The notes beneath the pieces are model-generated. The model saw only the letters and a list, made by a program, of their open reading frames with translations, was not told the DNA's origin and ran no database searches. Shown piece by piece: positions 18,942 through 28,038 of a stretch of DNA of 64,000 bases (position 1 is the first letter of the stretch; every line of letters starts with the position of its first letter). Source of the DNA: Minisyncoccota bacterium (GTDB taxonomy: Bacteria; Patescibacteriota; Minisyncoccia; Phycocordibacterales; UBA9973); assembly GCA_041659785.1 (NCBI GenBank), contig JBAZXO010000003.1, positions 1,099-65,098 of the forward strand, written 5' to 3'. A program made the position numbers and the translations under genes.

Positions 18942-19881
18942 CCCACACAGCAGTATTAGCAAGAGATACGATACGATTGTTCGATTTTTCTAAGACACAA
19001 AGTTCACCTTGTTCTATATGTCCCTTGAAATCCCCGCCTAGGCGGGCAGGCTTCAGGGCATTATCTAATGCATAGCCCAAAGAAAGAGAGGAGGAGTCCA
19101 CTGCATAAGAGGTTAAAATAACAAAAAGTGGTTTATCGCTCAAAACTTTCTGCACCTGTAAAAGAAGCTTCGGCAACATTTCTTCTAGCTTCCATATCTC
19201 TCCCTTAGGTCCCCTGCCAAACTTCGGCGGGTCCATAATCACACAGTCATATTTATTCCCTCTTTTTTCTTCCCTCTCTAGAAATTTAATAGCATCATCT
19301 TCTATAATACGCATTGGTAAATCTTTTAGGTCACCATTCATTTCTTGGTTTTCTTTAGCCCATTTTAAAGTTTGCTTAGATGCATCCAGATGTGTAACTT
19401 CTGCACCTGCACGAAGAGCAAAAAGGCTTGCGACTCCAGTATATCCAAAAAGATTTAGAAACTTTATAGGTTTCTTTGCATTTTTAATTTTCTCCTCTAT
19501 AAAATCCCAATGGCTCGCTTGTTCAGGAAAAAATCCCAAATGTCTAAAGGGTGTAGGTGAAGCTAAAAACTTTACCCCTTTATAAGACATCTCCCATTTT
19601 TTATCCTTGTCAAACATCGGGTGTTTGACAAAAGTCCAGCCAGCTTTTGCCCCAGTTTTAGAGCTCCAAAATTTACCATCTGCCTTTTTCCACATTTGTT
19701 GAACACTCGGTGTTGAACATTTGGGCCAGACGGCATCTTCGTATGGACGCACGAAAGTATATTTACCAAATTTTTCTAACTTCTCTCCCTCTCCTGTATC
19801 TAGAAGCTGATAGTCATTTTCACCCGCCGACGAGGAGGGCCAATCTTTTGCACAAAAAATGCTTATATCTTTTTTTATCAT
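18931..19881 (-). CDS. Class I SAM-dependent methyltransferase (RlmI/RlmK-like family)
   Basis: DYQLLDTG.GEKLE.FG, FLNLFGYTG, IMDPPKFGRGP. Confidence 0.85.
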   Translation of the reverse strand: MIKKDISIFCAKDWPSSSAGENDYQLLDTGEGEKLEKFGKYTFVRPYEDAVWPKCSTPSVQQMWKKADGKFWSSKTGAKAGWTFVKHPMFDKDKKWEMSYKGVKFLASPTPFRHLGFFPEQASHWDFIEEKIKNAKKPIKFLNLFGYTGVASLFALRAGAEVTHLDASKQTLKWAKENQEMNGDLKDLPMRIIEDDAIKFLEREEKRGNKYDCVIMDPPKFGRGPKGEIWKLEEMLPKLLLQVQKVLSDKPLFVILTSYAVDSSSLSLGYALDNALKPARLGGDFKGHIEQGELCVLEKSNNRIVSLANTAVWATL

Positions 19882-20699
19882 ATTAAAAATTCAATTACGT
19901 CGCCATCTTGTACGATATATTCTTTACCCTCAGTTCGGACCCAACCTTTTTCACGGGCTTTAGCGAAACTCCCTGCTTCAATCAACTGATCATATGATAC
20001 CACTTCTGCACGAATAAACTTCTGCTCGAAATCTGTATGTATCGAACGGCCAGCAAAAGGTGCTGTCGCCCCACGCAAAGTGGTCCAAGCCCTGGATTCA
20101 TCTTCGCCTGTCGTAAAAAAAGTAATCAAATTTAATAAATTATATCCGGCCTTAATAAGGTTATCTAAACCTGTACCAAAAATCGGATCAACTTCTAGGT
20201 ATGGCCCAGGGAGCTTAGATATGAAATCTTTTTTTACATTCTCTGCTGCTTCTGAAGTGTTTAAAACATAAAGCGTGGGTTTTTTAATTCCCGCTTGTTC
20301 TAATTCAAAATTTATAACCTCTATATCAAAAAGTGGATCAATATGATCGTGAACATGAATCATATCTTTATCTTCAAAAATTCGCACAACTTCGATAATC
20401 GCATCCACCTCACGTATATGTGAAAGAAATTTATTACCGAGTCCTGCCCCTGTAGATGCGCCCTTTACAAGCCCGGCGATATCTACAAACTCCACCACTG
20501 CTGGAATAGTTTTCTTTGATTTAGATATAGCAGATAATTTAAGAAGTCTATCATCTGGCACAGGTACGATACCGACAGAAGGATCAATAGTACAAAAAGG
20601 ATAATTCTCTGCCGGCACACCCTTCTTAGTAAGAGCATTAAAAAGCGTGGATTTTCCCACGTTTGGCAGACCTACGATTCCGATTGATAGTGAAGACAT
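19878..20699 (-). CDS. ychF: Redox-regulated ATPase YchF (short form); start codon supplied by the island
   Basis: GIVGLPNVGKSTLFNALT, ENYPFCTIDP, DIAGLVKGAS.G.GLGNKFL, TGS-like C-terminus EGKEYIVQDGD. Confidence 0.95.
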   Translation of the reverse strand: MSSLSIGIVGLPNVGKSTLFNALTKKGVPAENYPFCTIDPSVGIVPVPDDRLLKLSAISKSKKTIPAVVEFVDIAGLVKGASTGAGLGNKFLSHIREVDAIIEVVRIFEDKDMIHVHDHIDPLFDIEVINFELEQAGIKKPTLYVLNTSEAAENVKKDFISKLPGPYLEVDPIFGTGLDNLIKAGYNLLNLITFFTTGEDESRAWTTLRGATAPFAGRSIHTDFEQKFIRAEVVSYDQLIEAGSFAKAREKGWVRTEGKEYIVQDGDVIEFLI

Positions 20700-22284
20700 T
20701 GATATTTGATTCTATTGGAATATATCCATAAACTTGTAATTTTTCCCTTGTTCCGACCACCCTATCTATAACTGTTCTGATTATGTCTTTTTTTGAGCTA
20801 AAGTTCAAGTTATTACTTAATGCTTTTGATACTTTTTGAGTGAAGGTTTTTATCTCAGATAATTTCGGTAGTGTTTTTTCTCCAATTTTCTGATTTTCTA
20901 AATCAGCATTAGCTATTTGATTTTCGAATAAAGATATCTTCTCTTTAACAGGAGCAAGATATTCTTTTAATTGTTCAATTGTAATTACACCAGAGCCATA
21001 AGCCTTAGCGTAACGACCTTCCTGGTCTTTAAGTTTAGATATTTCTTTTCTAGTCTCTTCTGTATTTATAACAGAAGTACAATTTCCATTATTTTGATTA
21101 TTGATCCAACGTTCCACTTGCTTGGTTAATAATTCTGGTGAACTCATAAGTTCTGTAGTTTTTTCCCACACTAACGGATCTAATATCTTGGCATTTAGGC
21201 CCTTCTCTTTACAACTAGGCTGTAAAGGAAAACTTTTTATTCTATCAGTGCAACGATAATACAAATGTTTACCACGCTGTGGTCCTTCCCCTGCTCGTCT
21301 TTTACCACAATTGCACCATATTTTACCAGCCAAAAGATACTCATTTTTAGTATTTCTTTCAGACATTTCAAAATTTGATCTTAATATCTGTCCGACTCTA
21401 TTAAATAATTCTTCATCTATAATTTTAGGAGTAGGGATTTTTATCCATTCACTTTCTGGTTTCATTCGTCTACTGGTTTTCTTAATTTTTTTATATCCCT
21501 CTTTCTTCGTTGGATTAACTGGTATCGTAGCGTAAGAAGCTCCATAATGGCCTTCACCTATATATGTCCTATTCCTTAATAACGTACTCAACGTGCTAGT
21601 GTTCCAAACACCTCTTTTACTTTTACGAGGAGGTATGCCTAACTCTTGAAGTCTTCTGACAATACCTCTTAATCTTAATCCATCATTATCTACCCAAGAA
21701 AAAATACTTTTTACAATTTGAGTTTCTCTTTCATTTATTTCATAGTGACCTTGAAGAAAATCGGCATCTCCTCTCTTCCCTTTCTTTACTATAAAATTAT
21801 ATCCGTAAGGAGCTTCACTAACAATGATATGTCCCTCTTTTGCCTTTCGTACTTTACCTAGTCTAAATCGTTCTTTTATTTTCATTCTTTCGTATTCAGT
21901 AAATACTCCTCTCATTTTATACATAATAATATCCTCGTCTGTTTTTGGTTGTGGAATCGTAACGAAAAGAACCTCAATTTCTAATTCTTTTAATTCCTCT
22001 ATCACCACTTCCTGCCATGCACCTCGTCTTGCTAATCTATCTGGATCATAAATTAAAACTGCGTTCCATTTTTTTAGTTTTGCATCCATGCGAAGTTGAT
22101 CTAATGCTGGACGTGCAAGAGAATCACCACTCCAACCATTATCAATATATTGCTTGACTATGATATAGCCATTCTTTTCAGCGAATTGATTAACAGCAGA
22201 AAGTTGCGTTTCAATAGTTCCCTCGTTTTCTTGGTTTGAAGTTGAAACTCTTCCGTATGTTGCGATTAATTTTATTTTTTCCAT
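20638..22284 (-). CDS. Large serine recombinase (resolvase + recombinase + Zn-ribbon + coiled coil)
   Basis: YGRVST..Q catalytic motif, D.G.SG...RPAL, DRLAR, APYGY, CNCG...YYRC. Confidence 0.95.
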   Translation of the reverse strand: MEKIKLIATYGRVSTSNQENEGTIETQLSAVNQFAEKNGYIIVKQYIDNGWSGDSLARPALDQLRMDAKLKKWNAVLIYDPDRLARRGAWQEVVIEELKELEIEVLFVTIPQPKTDEDIIMYKMRGVFTEYERMKIKERFRLGKVRKAKEGHIIVSEAPYGYNFIVKKGKRGDADFLQGHYEINERETQIVKSIFSWVDNDGLRLRGIVRRLQELGIPPRKSKRGVWNTSTLSTLLRNRTYIGEGHYGASYATIPVNPTKKEGYKKIKKTSRRMKPESEWIKIPTPKIIDEELFNRVGQILRSNFEMSERNTKNEYLLAGKIWCNCGKRRAGEGPQRGKHLYYRCTDRIKSFPLQPSCKEKGLNAKILDPLVWEKTTELMSSPELLTKQVERWINNQNNGNCTSVINTEETRKEISKLKDQEGRYAKAYGSGVITIEQLKEYLAPVKEKISLFENQIANADLENQKIGEKTLPKLSEIKTFTQKVSKALSNNLNFSSKKDIIRTVIDRVVGTREKLQVYGYIPIESNINVFTINRNRRSAKRGKIHAF

Positions 22285-22289
22285 ATTTT

Positions 22290-22481
22290 TTATTTAATTT
22301 TTATCACTTCTTCAAAAAGCAAATCAAATGCTTTATTAATTTTTTCTTCTGAAGAAACAATATAGTTGTAATCCAAAGAGGGACAACGAAGTGAGTTCTT
22401 ACTGCTACGCAAAAGCTCTCGTTGCCCCTCTTTAGGTTCAAGGTTTTTCTCACTTATTAAGCTTTGACGTAGCTCATTCAT
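22290..22481 (-). CDS. Small hypothetical protein directly upstream of the recombinase
   Basis: ORF ends 5 nt before the recombinase start; helical C-terminus EEKINKAFDLLFEE. Confidence 0.45.
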   Translation of the reverse strand: MNELRQSLISEKNLEPKEGQRELLRSSKNSLRCPSLDYNYIVSSEEKINKAFDLLFEEVIKIK

Positions 22482-22627
22482 TATAACATTCTTTGGCTAA
22501 TTTCTAATAATAATTTGACTCCTGACTAATTCTTCGTTCTTTTAGTGTTGGTACGAGTAATTGATTTTGAACCCTTGTAAAATATGGCTTATTTTAGGAC
22601 GGGTTTTACATAGAGGGACCCTGGGAC

Positions 22628-22876
22628 TTATATCGACAATATCTCAAGATCTCTTGCTGTGTATGGAGTATCAAGATTTTTGAATTCTCCTTTAGCAACC
22701 AATTTATTGATTGTTATTTGTCTTCTTTGAAATCTTTGGAAGGGCTTTCTCTTACAGATTCTTTCTCCTGGATACCAAACCACTTCAATCTTGAAGTTAG
22801 GATTTGGGTCGCCTGCACAAATTGGCGCTTCACAATTTAAGTTATGGTTAATTTCTCTCATGTTGTGTTCCCCCAA
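22628..22876 (-). CDS. Hypothetical protein (Cys-containing)
   Basis: ORF with CEAPIC...WYPGERIC. Confidence 0.55.
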   Translation of the reverse strand: MGEHNMREINHNLNCEAPICAGDPNPNFKIEVVWYPGERICKRKPFQRFQRRQITINKLVAKGEFKNLDTPYTARDLEILSI

Positions 22877-22918
22877 AAGGGGGAGTTAGTGGTTAATAAA
22901 TAATTCTTAACGTTTCTT

Positions 22919-23200
22919 CTACTTAACTTTTTTATTATGTTTCAAGAACTCTTCCTCGCTTGCGAAGAAAGTTTTAGTTACAAATGTTAAGTAATCTTTT
23001 GACAACCTAAAAGCAGCTTTCAAGTCTTTTTTATTAAACATGAGACGTTTTACTGCTTTGACGGTGTCTTTTGGTAAGATTAATTTTGATGATAGAGCTA
23101 ACATTAACCCTATTAAAATCTCTTCTTTTGAGAATCCATCTGCACAACCAAAGAGCTTTTCATCCATTTCAATTACTTTTATTTCTATTTCTTTTTTCAT
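22919..23200 (-). CDS. Hypothetical protein
   Basis: ORF in same orientation as island neighbours. Confidence 0.55.
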   Translation of the reverse strand: MKKEIEIKVIEMDEKLFGCADGFSKEEILIGLMLALSSKLILPKDTVKAVKRLMFNKKDLKAAFRLSKDYLTFVTKTFFASEEEFLKHNKKVK

Positions 23201-23369
23201 TGCATAATTTTTAATTATTTATAATCTGATGTTCGACTTTTAATTAACCATCATTAATCAGATAATATGAAAAATAGAAAGCTTAAAAAATCCTTAAAAA
23301 TAAAGGCAGGAAAGAAAAAAGCCCTCTAAAATAGAGAGTCTTACAGGTTATTCACAATTTTAAGTAAAG

Positions 23370-24065
23370 TTAAGCAGATTTAAGCTGTCGTGTTGTTTTG
23401 TTTTTTGTAATTAATTTAATTTGTATGTTCGGTACAATATATCCATCTTCTTCTCTTAAAATTTTCGTTACTTGAAATCCTTTCGTGTAGAGTGGATTTG
23501 TTTGTTGATAATTAAAATAATCATAAAGATTTTTATCAAAAGGCACTTCTTCTTTTTTAGCTAATTTATATATTAATCCCCACCTGTTATTTCTAGAAAG
23601 ATTCATTGGTTCGTCTTTATAATTACCATTTATGTAGATTTTAACTCTACCTCGTTCTGTCTCATCTTTAAGAACTTCAATTTTCTTTATGAAATTTCCA
23701 TTAGTAGCAGTACTACCTTTAACATCTAGTTTATCTTTTAGATATGTTTTTATAAGGTCGTCTGTAAAATCACAAAATACAGCGACATCATTGCTTGAAT
23801 ACGTACGACTATAATCAAAAGAATAACTGGGTTTATAATTTAACATATTATGTTTCCTGTAAAAGTCCTTATCGTTTATTACTTCATCAAGTATGGAAAA
23901 ACACTCAGCTTGATCGCTATCATCTAAGTGAGGTGCTACTTGAAGTTTGTCTAATTCAACCATGGAACAACTGCCTGAGTATGGTAAAGATACCTGCTCT
24001 TTTAAAATAGTTTGAAGAAGCCAGATTAATCTTTCATCATGATTTAGCCCTTGCATGATTAGCAT
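23370..24065 (-). CDS. Hypothetical protein
   Basis: 231-aa ORF with TGcTATAAT upstream. Confidence 0.65.
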   Translation of the reverse strand: MLIMQGLNHDERLIWLLQTILKEQVSLPYSGSCSMVELDKLQVAPHLDDSDQAECFSILDEVINDKDFYRKHNMLNYKPSYSFDYSRTYSSNDVAVFCDFTDDLIKTYLKDKLDVKGSTATNGNFIKKIEVLKDETERGRVKIYINGNYKDEPMNLSRNNRWGLIYKLAKKEEVPFDKNLYDYFNYQQTNPLYTKGFQVTKILREEDGYIVPNIQIKLITKNKTTRQLKSA

Positions 24066-24173
24066 AGTAAATAATATTATAGCAGATATTTACAGTATTA
24101 TTAATTTCTAGAAAATCCTTCGCCACACAGACAGCTTCAAAAAGAATTGAAAAAGTACTGTATTTGTCTAAGG

Positions 24174-24755
24174 CTATTGAGATTGATATTCTTTTATCAT
24201 TTCTATGGTTTTTTGTGCATCTCTTACTTGATTAAACAATCCCGATTGATTGCAGAGTTTCAAGAAACGTTGAAAGCGCTTGGTCCATTTAGATCTATAT
24301 AGAGGTCGTGGAATGCTTTCTCTCATATCAAGAAGGGCTAATCTCTTGCTTTGCTGGTAGAGCATTCTGCCATGGTCACTTCTGCTATTAATAGTAGTAG
24401 ATTTATAACGAAGACAATGGCATTTAAAACAGGCAAAGAACGTGCTTCCTGGGATGTTCTTGAGATATAAAGCATTGGTTTTATGTCCACAACCACAAGT
24501 TAAATAGGTTCTAGTGCCATAGGTTAATTCTCGTTCGAATAAAAGAATTTTTTGTGGTTCTCCGTTAAAATCAACGACAAGATAGGTGTTCCCATCACAA
24601 CTTTCCTCTGTGGAATAGAAAAGGACTGAGGGCTTACCATTATGTATAAAATTTAGGTATTCTCCCTGCACTACTTCTTTGTTTCTAGCTTTCTGTAGAT
24701 TCTTTCTCAATAGTTTTGTGCTTAACGCAAAACATGATTCTTTTAATATCTTCAT
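24174..24755 (-). CDS. Hypothetical basic protein with putative zinc finger
   Basis: CGCG...CFKC..L.Y.S; start MKILKE 6 nt after TGtTATCAT. Confidence 0.65.
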   Translation of the reverse strand: MKILKESCFALSTKLLRKNLQKARNKEVVQGEYLNFIHNGKPSVLFYSTEESCDGNTYLVVDFNGEPQKILLFERELTYGTRTYLTCGCGHKTNALYLKNIPGSTFFACFKCHCLRYKSTTINSRSDHGRMLYQQSKRLALLDMRESIPRPLYRSKWTKRFQRFLKLCNQSGLFNQVRDAQKTIEMIKEYQSQ

Positions 24756-24809
24756 TATTAAATGATAACAAAGTACCAAAAACTATTGAGTTTAGTGAAA
24801 ATATTTTAT

Positions 24810-25757
24810 TTACTGCCAACAAATATCAGATTCCCCTCCTGTCGTTTCTTCTAAGTATTGTTCTACTTCACTAATCCCACCTATGGCATCAATTAAACCT
24901 AATTCTTTAGCTTTGGATCCTAGGACTGTTGAACCATCAGCAATGCTTCTAACTTTCTCTATGGGTATATTACGATTCTTAGATATCGCCTCAACAAAAT
25001 TGCCAAATACGATATTTACATCTCTTAGCATTAGTAGTCTTTCTTCGTTTGTAAGAGGTTTATCTGGGGATCCAGAATCCTTAAATTTACCTGAATTAAT
25101 TTCTTCAAAAATATATCCATCTTTCTTGTTCTTCTCAGCTACACTCACATAAGAGGCTGTTATACCAATAGCTCCTACATTAGAGTTTTTAGATGCGAAT
25201 ATCTTGTCAGCACTACTTATGGCCCAATAAGCGGAAGATGCCCCTACCTCTCTTATAAATGCCACGACAGGCTTCTCACTTCCCTTTATGGCATTAGCGA
25301 CCTCTTCACCTCCTGTCGGTGAACCCCCTCCTGAATCTACCTCAATTACAATTGCCTTTATTTTTTCATCCTCATTTGCTTGTTTAATTGCCCAAATAAT
25401 ATTTTGACTTGCTACTGTATTATAATCAAAAAGAGAGTCATTCTCACTGTGGTTTGGAATGTAAGTTAATAGCGTTCCGTGTAGTTCTATTCCCATGATA
25501 GAGCAATTATCATTTGTTGTGTCGCTAGAATCACTAATAGAAGAATCTGGGGATGAGTTATCTTTAAATGGGCCGACTATAAAAAGAGAATAAAAAAGAA
25601 TAGTAAATACGGTGACGATTAAGATAATTTTAACTATGCTTCCAATTAAATAGCCAAAGATATTAACATCACTCCATTTTCTAAAGCTTAACCATAATTC
25701 ATTTGTTTTGTTAAAAAGTTTTTTCATTTTTAAGTGCTTAGTTAAATAATAACACAT
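24810..25757 (-). CDS. sppA: Signal peptide peptidase SppA (S49 family)
   Basis: DSGGGS, GASSAYW, VGAIGI, SGKFKD, AKELGLID. Confidence 0.88.
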   Translation of the reverse strand: MCYYLTKHLKMKKLFNKTNELWLSFRKWSDVNIFGYLIGSIVKIILIVTVFTILFYSLFIVGPFKDNSSPDSSISDSSDTTNDNCSIMGIELHGTLLTYIPNHSENDSLFDYNTVASQNIIWAIKQANEDEKIKAIVIEVDSGGGSPTGGEEVANAIKGSEKPVVAFIREVGASSAYWAISSADKIFASKNSNVGAIGITASYVSVAEKNKKDGYIFEEINSGKFKDSGSPDKPLTNEERLLMLRDVNIVFGNFVEAISKNRNIPIEKVRSIADGSTVLGSKAKELGLIDAIGGISEVEQYLEETTGGESDICWQ

Positions 25758-26177
25758 TTATTTATATCTCTTATAACATTCTTCTCTGTCTGTCTTTGCC
25801 TTAGCACGTATTTGGTCTGCCTCTATTTGTAGCTCTTGAAATGAAGGAGGCTTACAGTATTCTTGGAGTGTCATTTTGCCAGAAGTGATAAGATTATTTA
25901 CATTACTACCATGATCAGAATTAAGACAATCATTTTGTGATTCTGGTGAACTTAAATCTATGGCCAATTCACGATTCCTTTTTATTTCACTTTCAGCATT
26001 ATCGTTGATTTCATCAATACATTGATTCAATGGTTCCTTTGCCAGTTGATCCAACTGAGCCCTTTCTTCTAAAATTGCTTTCTCTTTATTTTCTTGAATA
26101 CTAGAAGAAATTATTTTATATCCGACTAAGGCAAGAAATACAACTCCTATTAAAACAATGATTTTTTTATTGTCCAT
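25758..26177 (-). CDS. Hypothetical membrane-anchored protein with Cys pairs
   Basis: N-terminal TM helix; four Cys. Confidence 0.65.
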   Translation of the reverse strand: MDNKKIIVLIGVVFLALVGYKIISSSIQENKEKAILEERAQLDQLAKEPLNQCIDEINDNAESEIKRNRELAIDLSSPESQNDCLNSDHGSNVNNLITSGKMTLQEYCKPPSFQELQIEADQIRAKAKTDREECYKRYK

Positions 26178-26185
26178 AAAAATAA

Positions 26186-26334
26186 AAACTAGCTGATAAT
26201 AAGCTAGCGTAATGTTCTACTAGAAGCACAGAACACCATGCTAGCTGGACCTTTCGATCCCGTACCCTTTCGGATACGACCCAACGAAGAGTGCTAAACA
26301 TGGTGTTCAGTGACTTCGTTGGGTATTTTCGACC
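26186..26334 (-). ncRNA. Candidate structured leader RNA / attenuator
   Basis: Two GAAA-tetraloop hairpins with G-U pairs on minus strand, two long competing stems, terminator-like hairpin plus U run before the 26177 ATG. Confidence 0.55.
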
Positions 26335-26810
26335 ATATCCTAAAGAAAATCTCTAAAGGGGTTAGGTCATCTCTATTAAATTGTATAGAAATTATACACC
26401 AAAAAAAGAGTTAAACAAAGAAGACAAAAAGGCTGGGGAAAATTAGAAATTTTTTTAGCCTTTTGAATTCATACATTGGAATTGGTTCGAGACAACCCCT
26501 ATCATGCTCTGTACGAAATACAATTCCAAATAGCCCTTATAAAACAAGATCTCAAAACTCGTTACTCGTACCAACACTTCAAGGTGGTATATTATTACCT
26601 TTTTCAATTTTGGAGTCGCAGACACGTGTCAGTATGTTAACCCCATCAGGCACAACGGACAGGAATTATTAATTGCGACAACACCCCTACCACCCCATCT
26701 AAATATAATTAATAAAATATCAAAACTAAGCTAGTGAAGATAAGGTCGATATTAAATCTTCAGAATACGAGCTAGTCTCTCGTGTAAATTTAATCTATTA
26801 AATTAATAAT

Positions 26811-27137
26811 ATGAAAACATTAAGTATTAACGAAATCTTAGAAGATAATCCATTTACTTCTAATTACCAAGGTTCAACCAAAACAAAAGAAATGTTAGAA
26901 CAACAGATAAAAAAAATTTGGGGTGAACAAGAGGTAAAGAATTATAATCCATATAAAAATGCATTAACTTTTGCATCGTGGATTAAGTTAGGTTACCGTC
27001 CTAAAAAAGGAAGTAAGGCATTAAAAAGTATTACCTTTGTCGAACGCAAAAACGAGAAAGGAGAAGTCATTAGTAAATATCCACGCACGATAAATTTATT
27101 CTATTATAGGTCCGTGGAACCTATAGCTAACAATTAA
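26811..27137 (+). CDS. ArdC N-terminal-like ssDNA-binding domain protein
   Basis: LTFASWIKLGYRPKKGSKA matches the TF..W..LG..V.KG.K pattern of ArdC/DUF1738; no metalloprotease domain. Confidence 0.6.
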   Translation: MKTLSINEILEDNPFTSNYQGSTKTKEMLEQQIKKIWGEQEVKNYNPYKNALTFASWIKLGYRPKKGSKALKSITFVERKNEKGEVISKYPRTINLFYYRSVEPIANN

Positions 27138-27141
27138 CATT

Positions 27142-27720
27142 ATGAACACATATAAAAACGAGGTCCCTTCTTACAAAAGAGAAAAAATAAATCCTATTCA
27201 AGAAGAGATAGCAAAGAATGTTGGAACTTATAATCTCACTGCGATTATTGAAGAAGACAAAGAAACAGTTTCAAAGCTTAAAAATATTCCAAATTTAATC
27301 TGCTTCCTTTGCACGTTAAAAATTGGAAATGAAATTATAGGGGTAGGTCGTGGTAGTGCAAACTTAAATCGTATGAACCGTGGAATAGAAAGAGGTGTGA
27401 GGTATAGTTTTGGCAATTCTATAGTTGATGCAGTTGTTAGGGGTATAAAAAATCTCGATGCTCTATATTTTAAAACAACAAATCAACCAGAAACTAAAAT
27501 TCAGAATGAAGTTGATCTTGAGGGTCGTGACAAACAATCATTCTTTAATGATGAGGACATGCCACAAGAAGCCACAGACAAACAGCGAAACTTTTTAACT
27601 AAGTTAGTTGAAAAATGTGATGAAGAAGATAAGGAAGAATATCTGGATGCCTTGGCCTCTCCGTACCTATCAAAATTTCAATGCAGTGAGCTTATCCAAA
27701 AGCTTATGCCAATGAAATAA
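27142..27720 (+). CDS. Hypothetical protein with C-terminal ATxKQ helical domain
   Basis: ATDKQRNFLTKL...LSKFQCSELIQKL. Confidence 0.65.
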   Translation: MNTYKNEVPSYKREKINPIQEEIAKNVGTYNLTAIIEEDKETVSKLKNIPNLICFLCTLKIGNEIIGVGRGSANLNRMNRGIERGVRYSFGNSIVDAVVRGIKNLDALYFKTTNQPETKIQNEVDLEGRDKQSFFNDEDMPQEATDKQRNFLTKLVEKCDEEDKEEYLDALASPYLSKFQCSELIQKLMPMK

Positions 27721-27740
27721 TTATTAACTTAATATAAAAA

Positions 27741-27977
27741 ATGATTACAAATACAATATCAGCTTTTGAAGCACCTCGACAAAGGAGTAGCTTCTTTTTA
27801 GAGGATAGCGACGAGCCAGGGATGGCAACAAGCTACCAAAAAAGAACTATCTACCGTCTTCTGTGTGAAAGAATGGAAGATGGTCAAGGTAGAGAAGAAA
27901 ATATAAATCAAATTTCTTATGTTTCAGAAGATGAAGCCAGAAATTGGATTGCCGAATTGGAGAATTCAATTTGGTAG
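27741..27977 (+). CDS. Hypothetical protein, stand-alone paralog of the upstream C-terminal domain
   Basis: SFF..D.DEP..ATSYQK..IY.L...SEDEA..WI.EL. Confidence 0.6.
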   Translation: MITNTISAFEAPRQRSSFFLEDSDEPGMATSYQKRTIYRLLCERMEDGQGREENINQISYVSEDEARNWIAELENSIW

Positions 27978-27991
27978 AATATATAAACATT

Positions 27992-28025
27992 AAATGGTGA
28001 GGTCCTTTGGGCTTCACCATTTTTT
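27992..28025. terminator. Intrinsic terminator between convergent operons
   Basis: AAATGGTGAGGTCC-ttt-GGGCTTCACCATTT plus T run. Confidence 0.75.
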
Positions 28026-28038
28026 GTGCTACTTTATA

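Noticed and set aside
26463-26672. 69-aa ORF in the island intergenic region
   Set aside because: TTG start, no recognisable motif, and it overlaps the inverted-repeat site; probably non-coding
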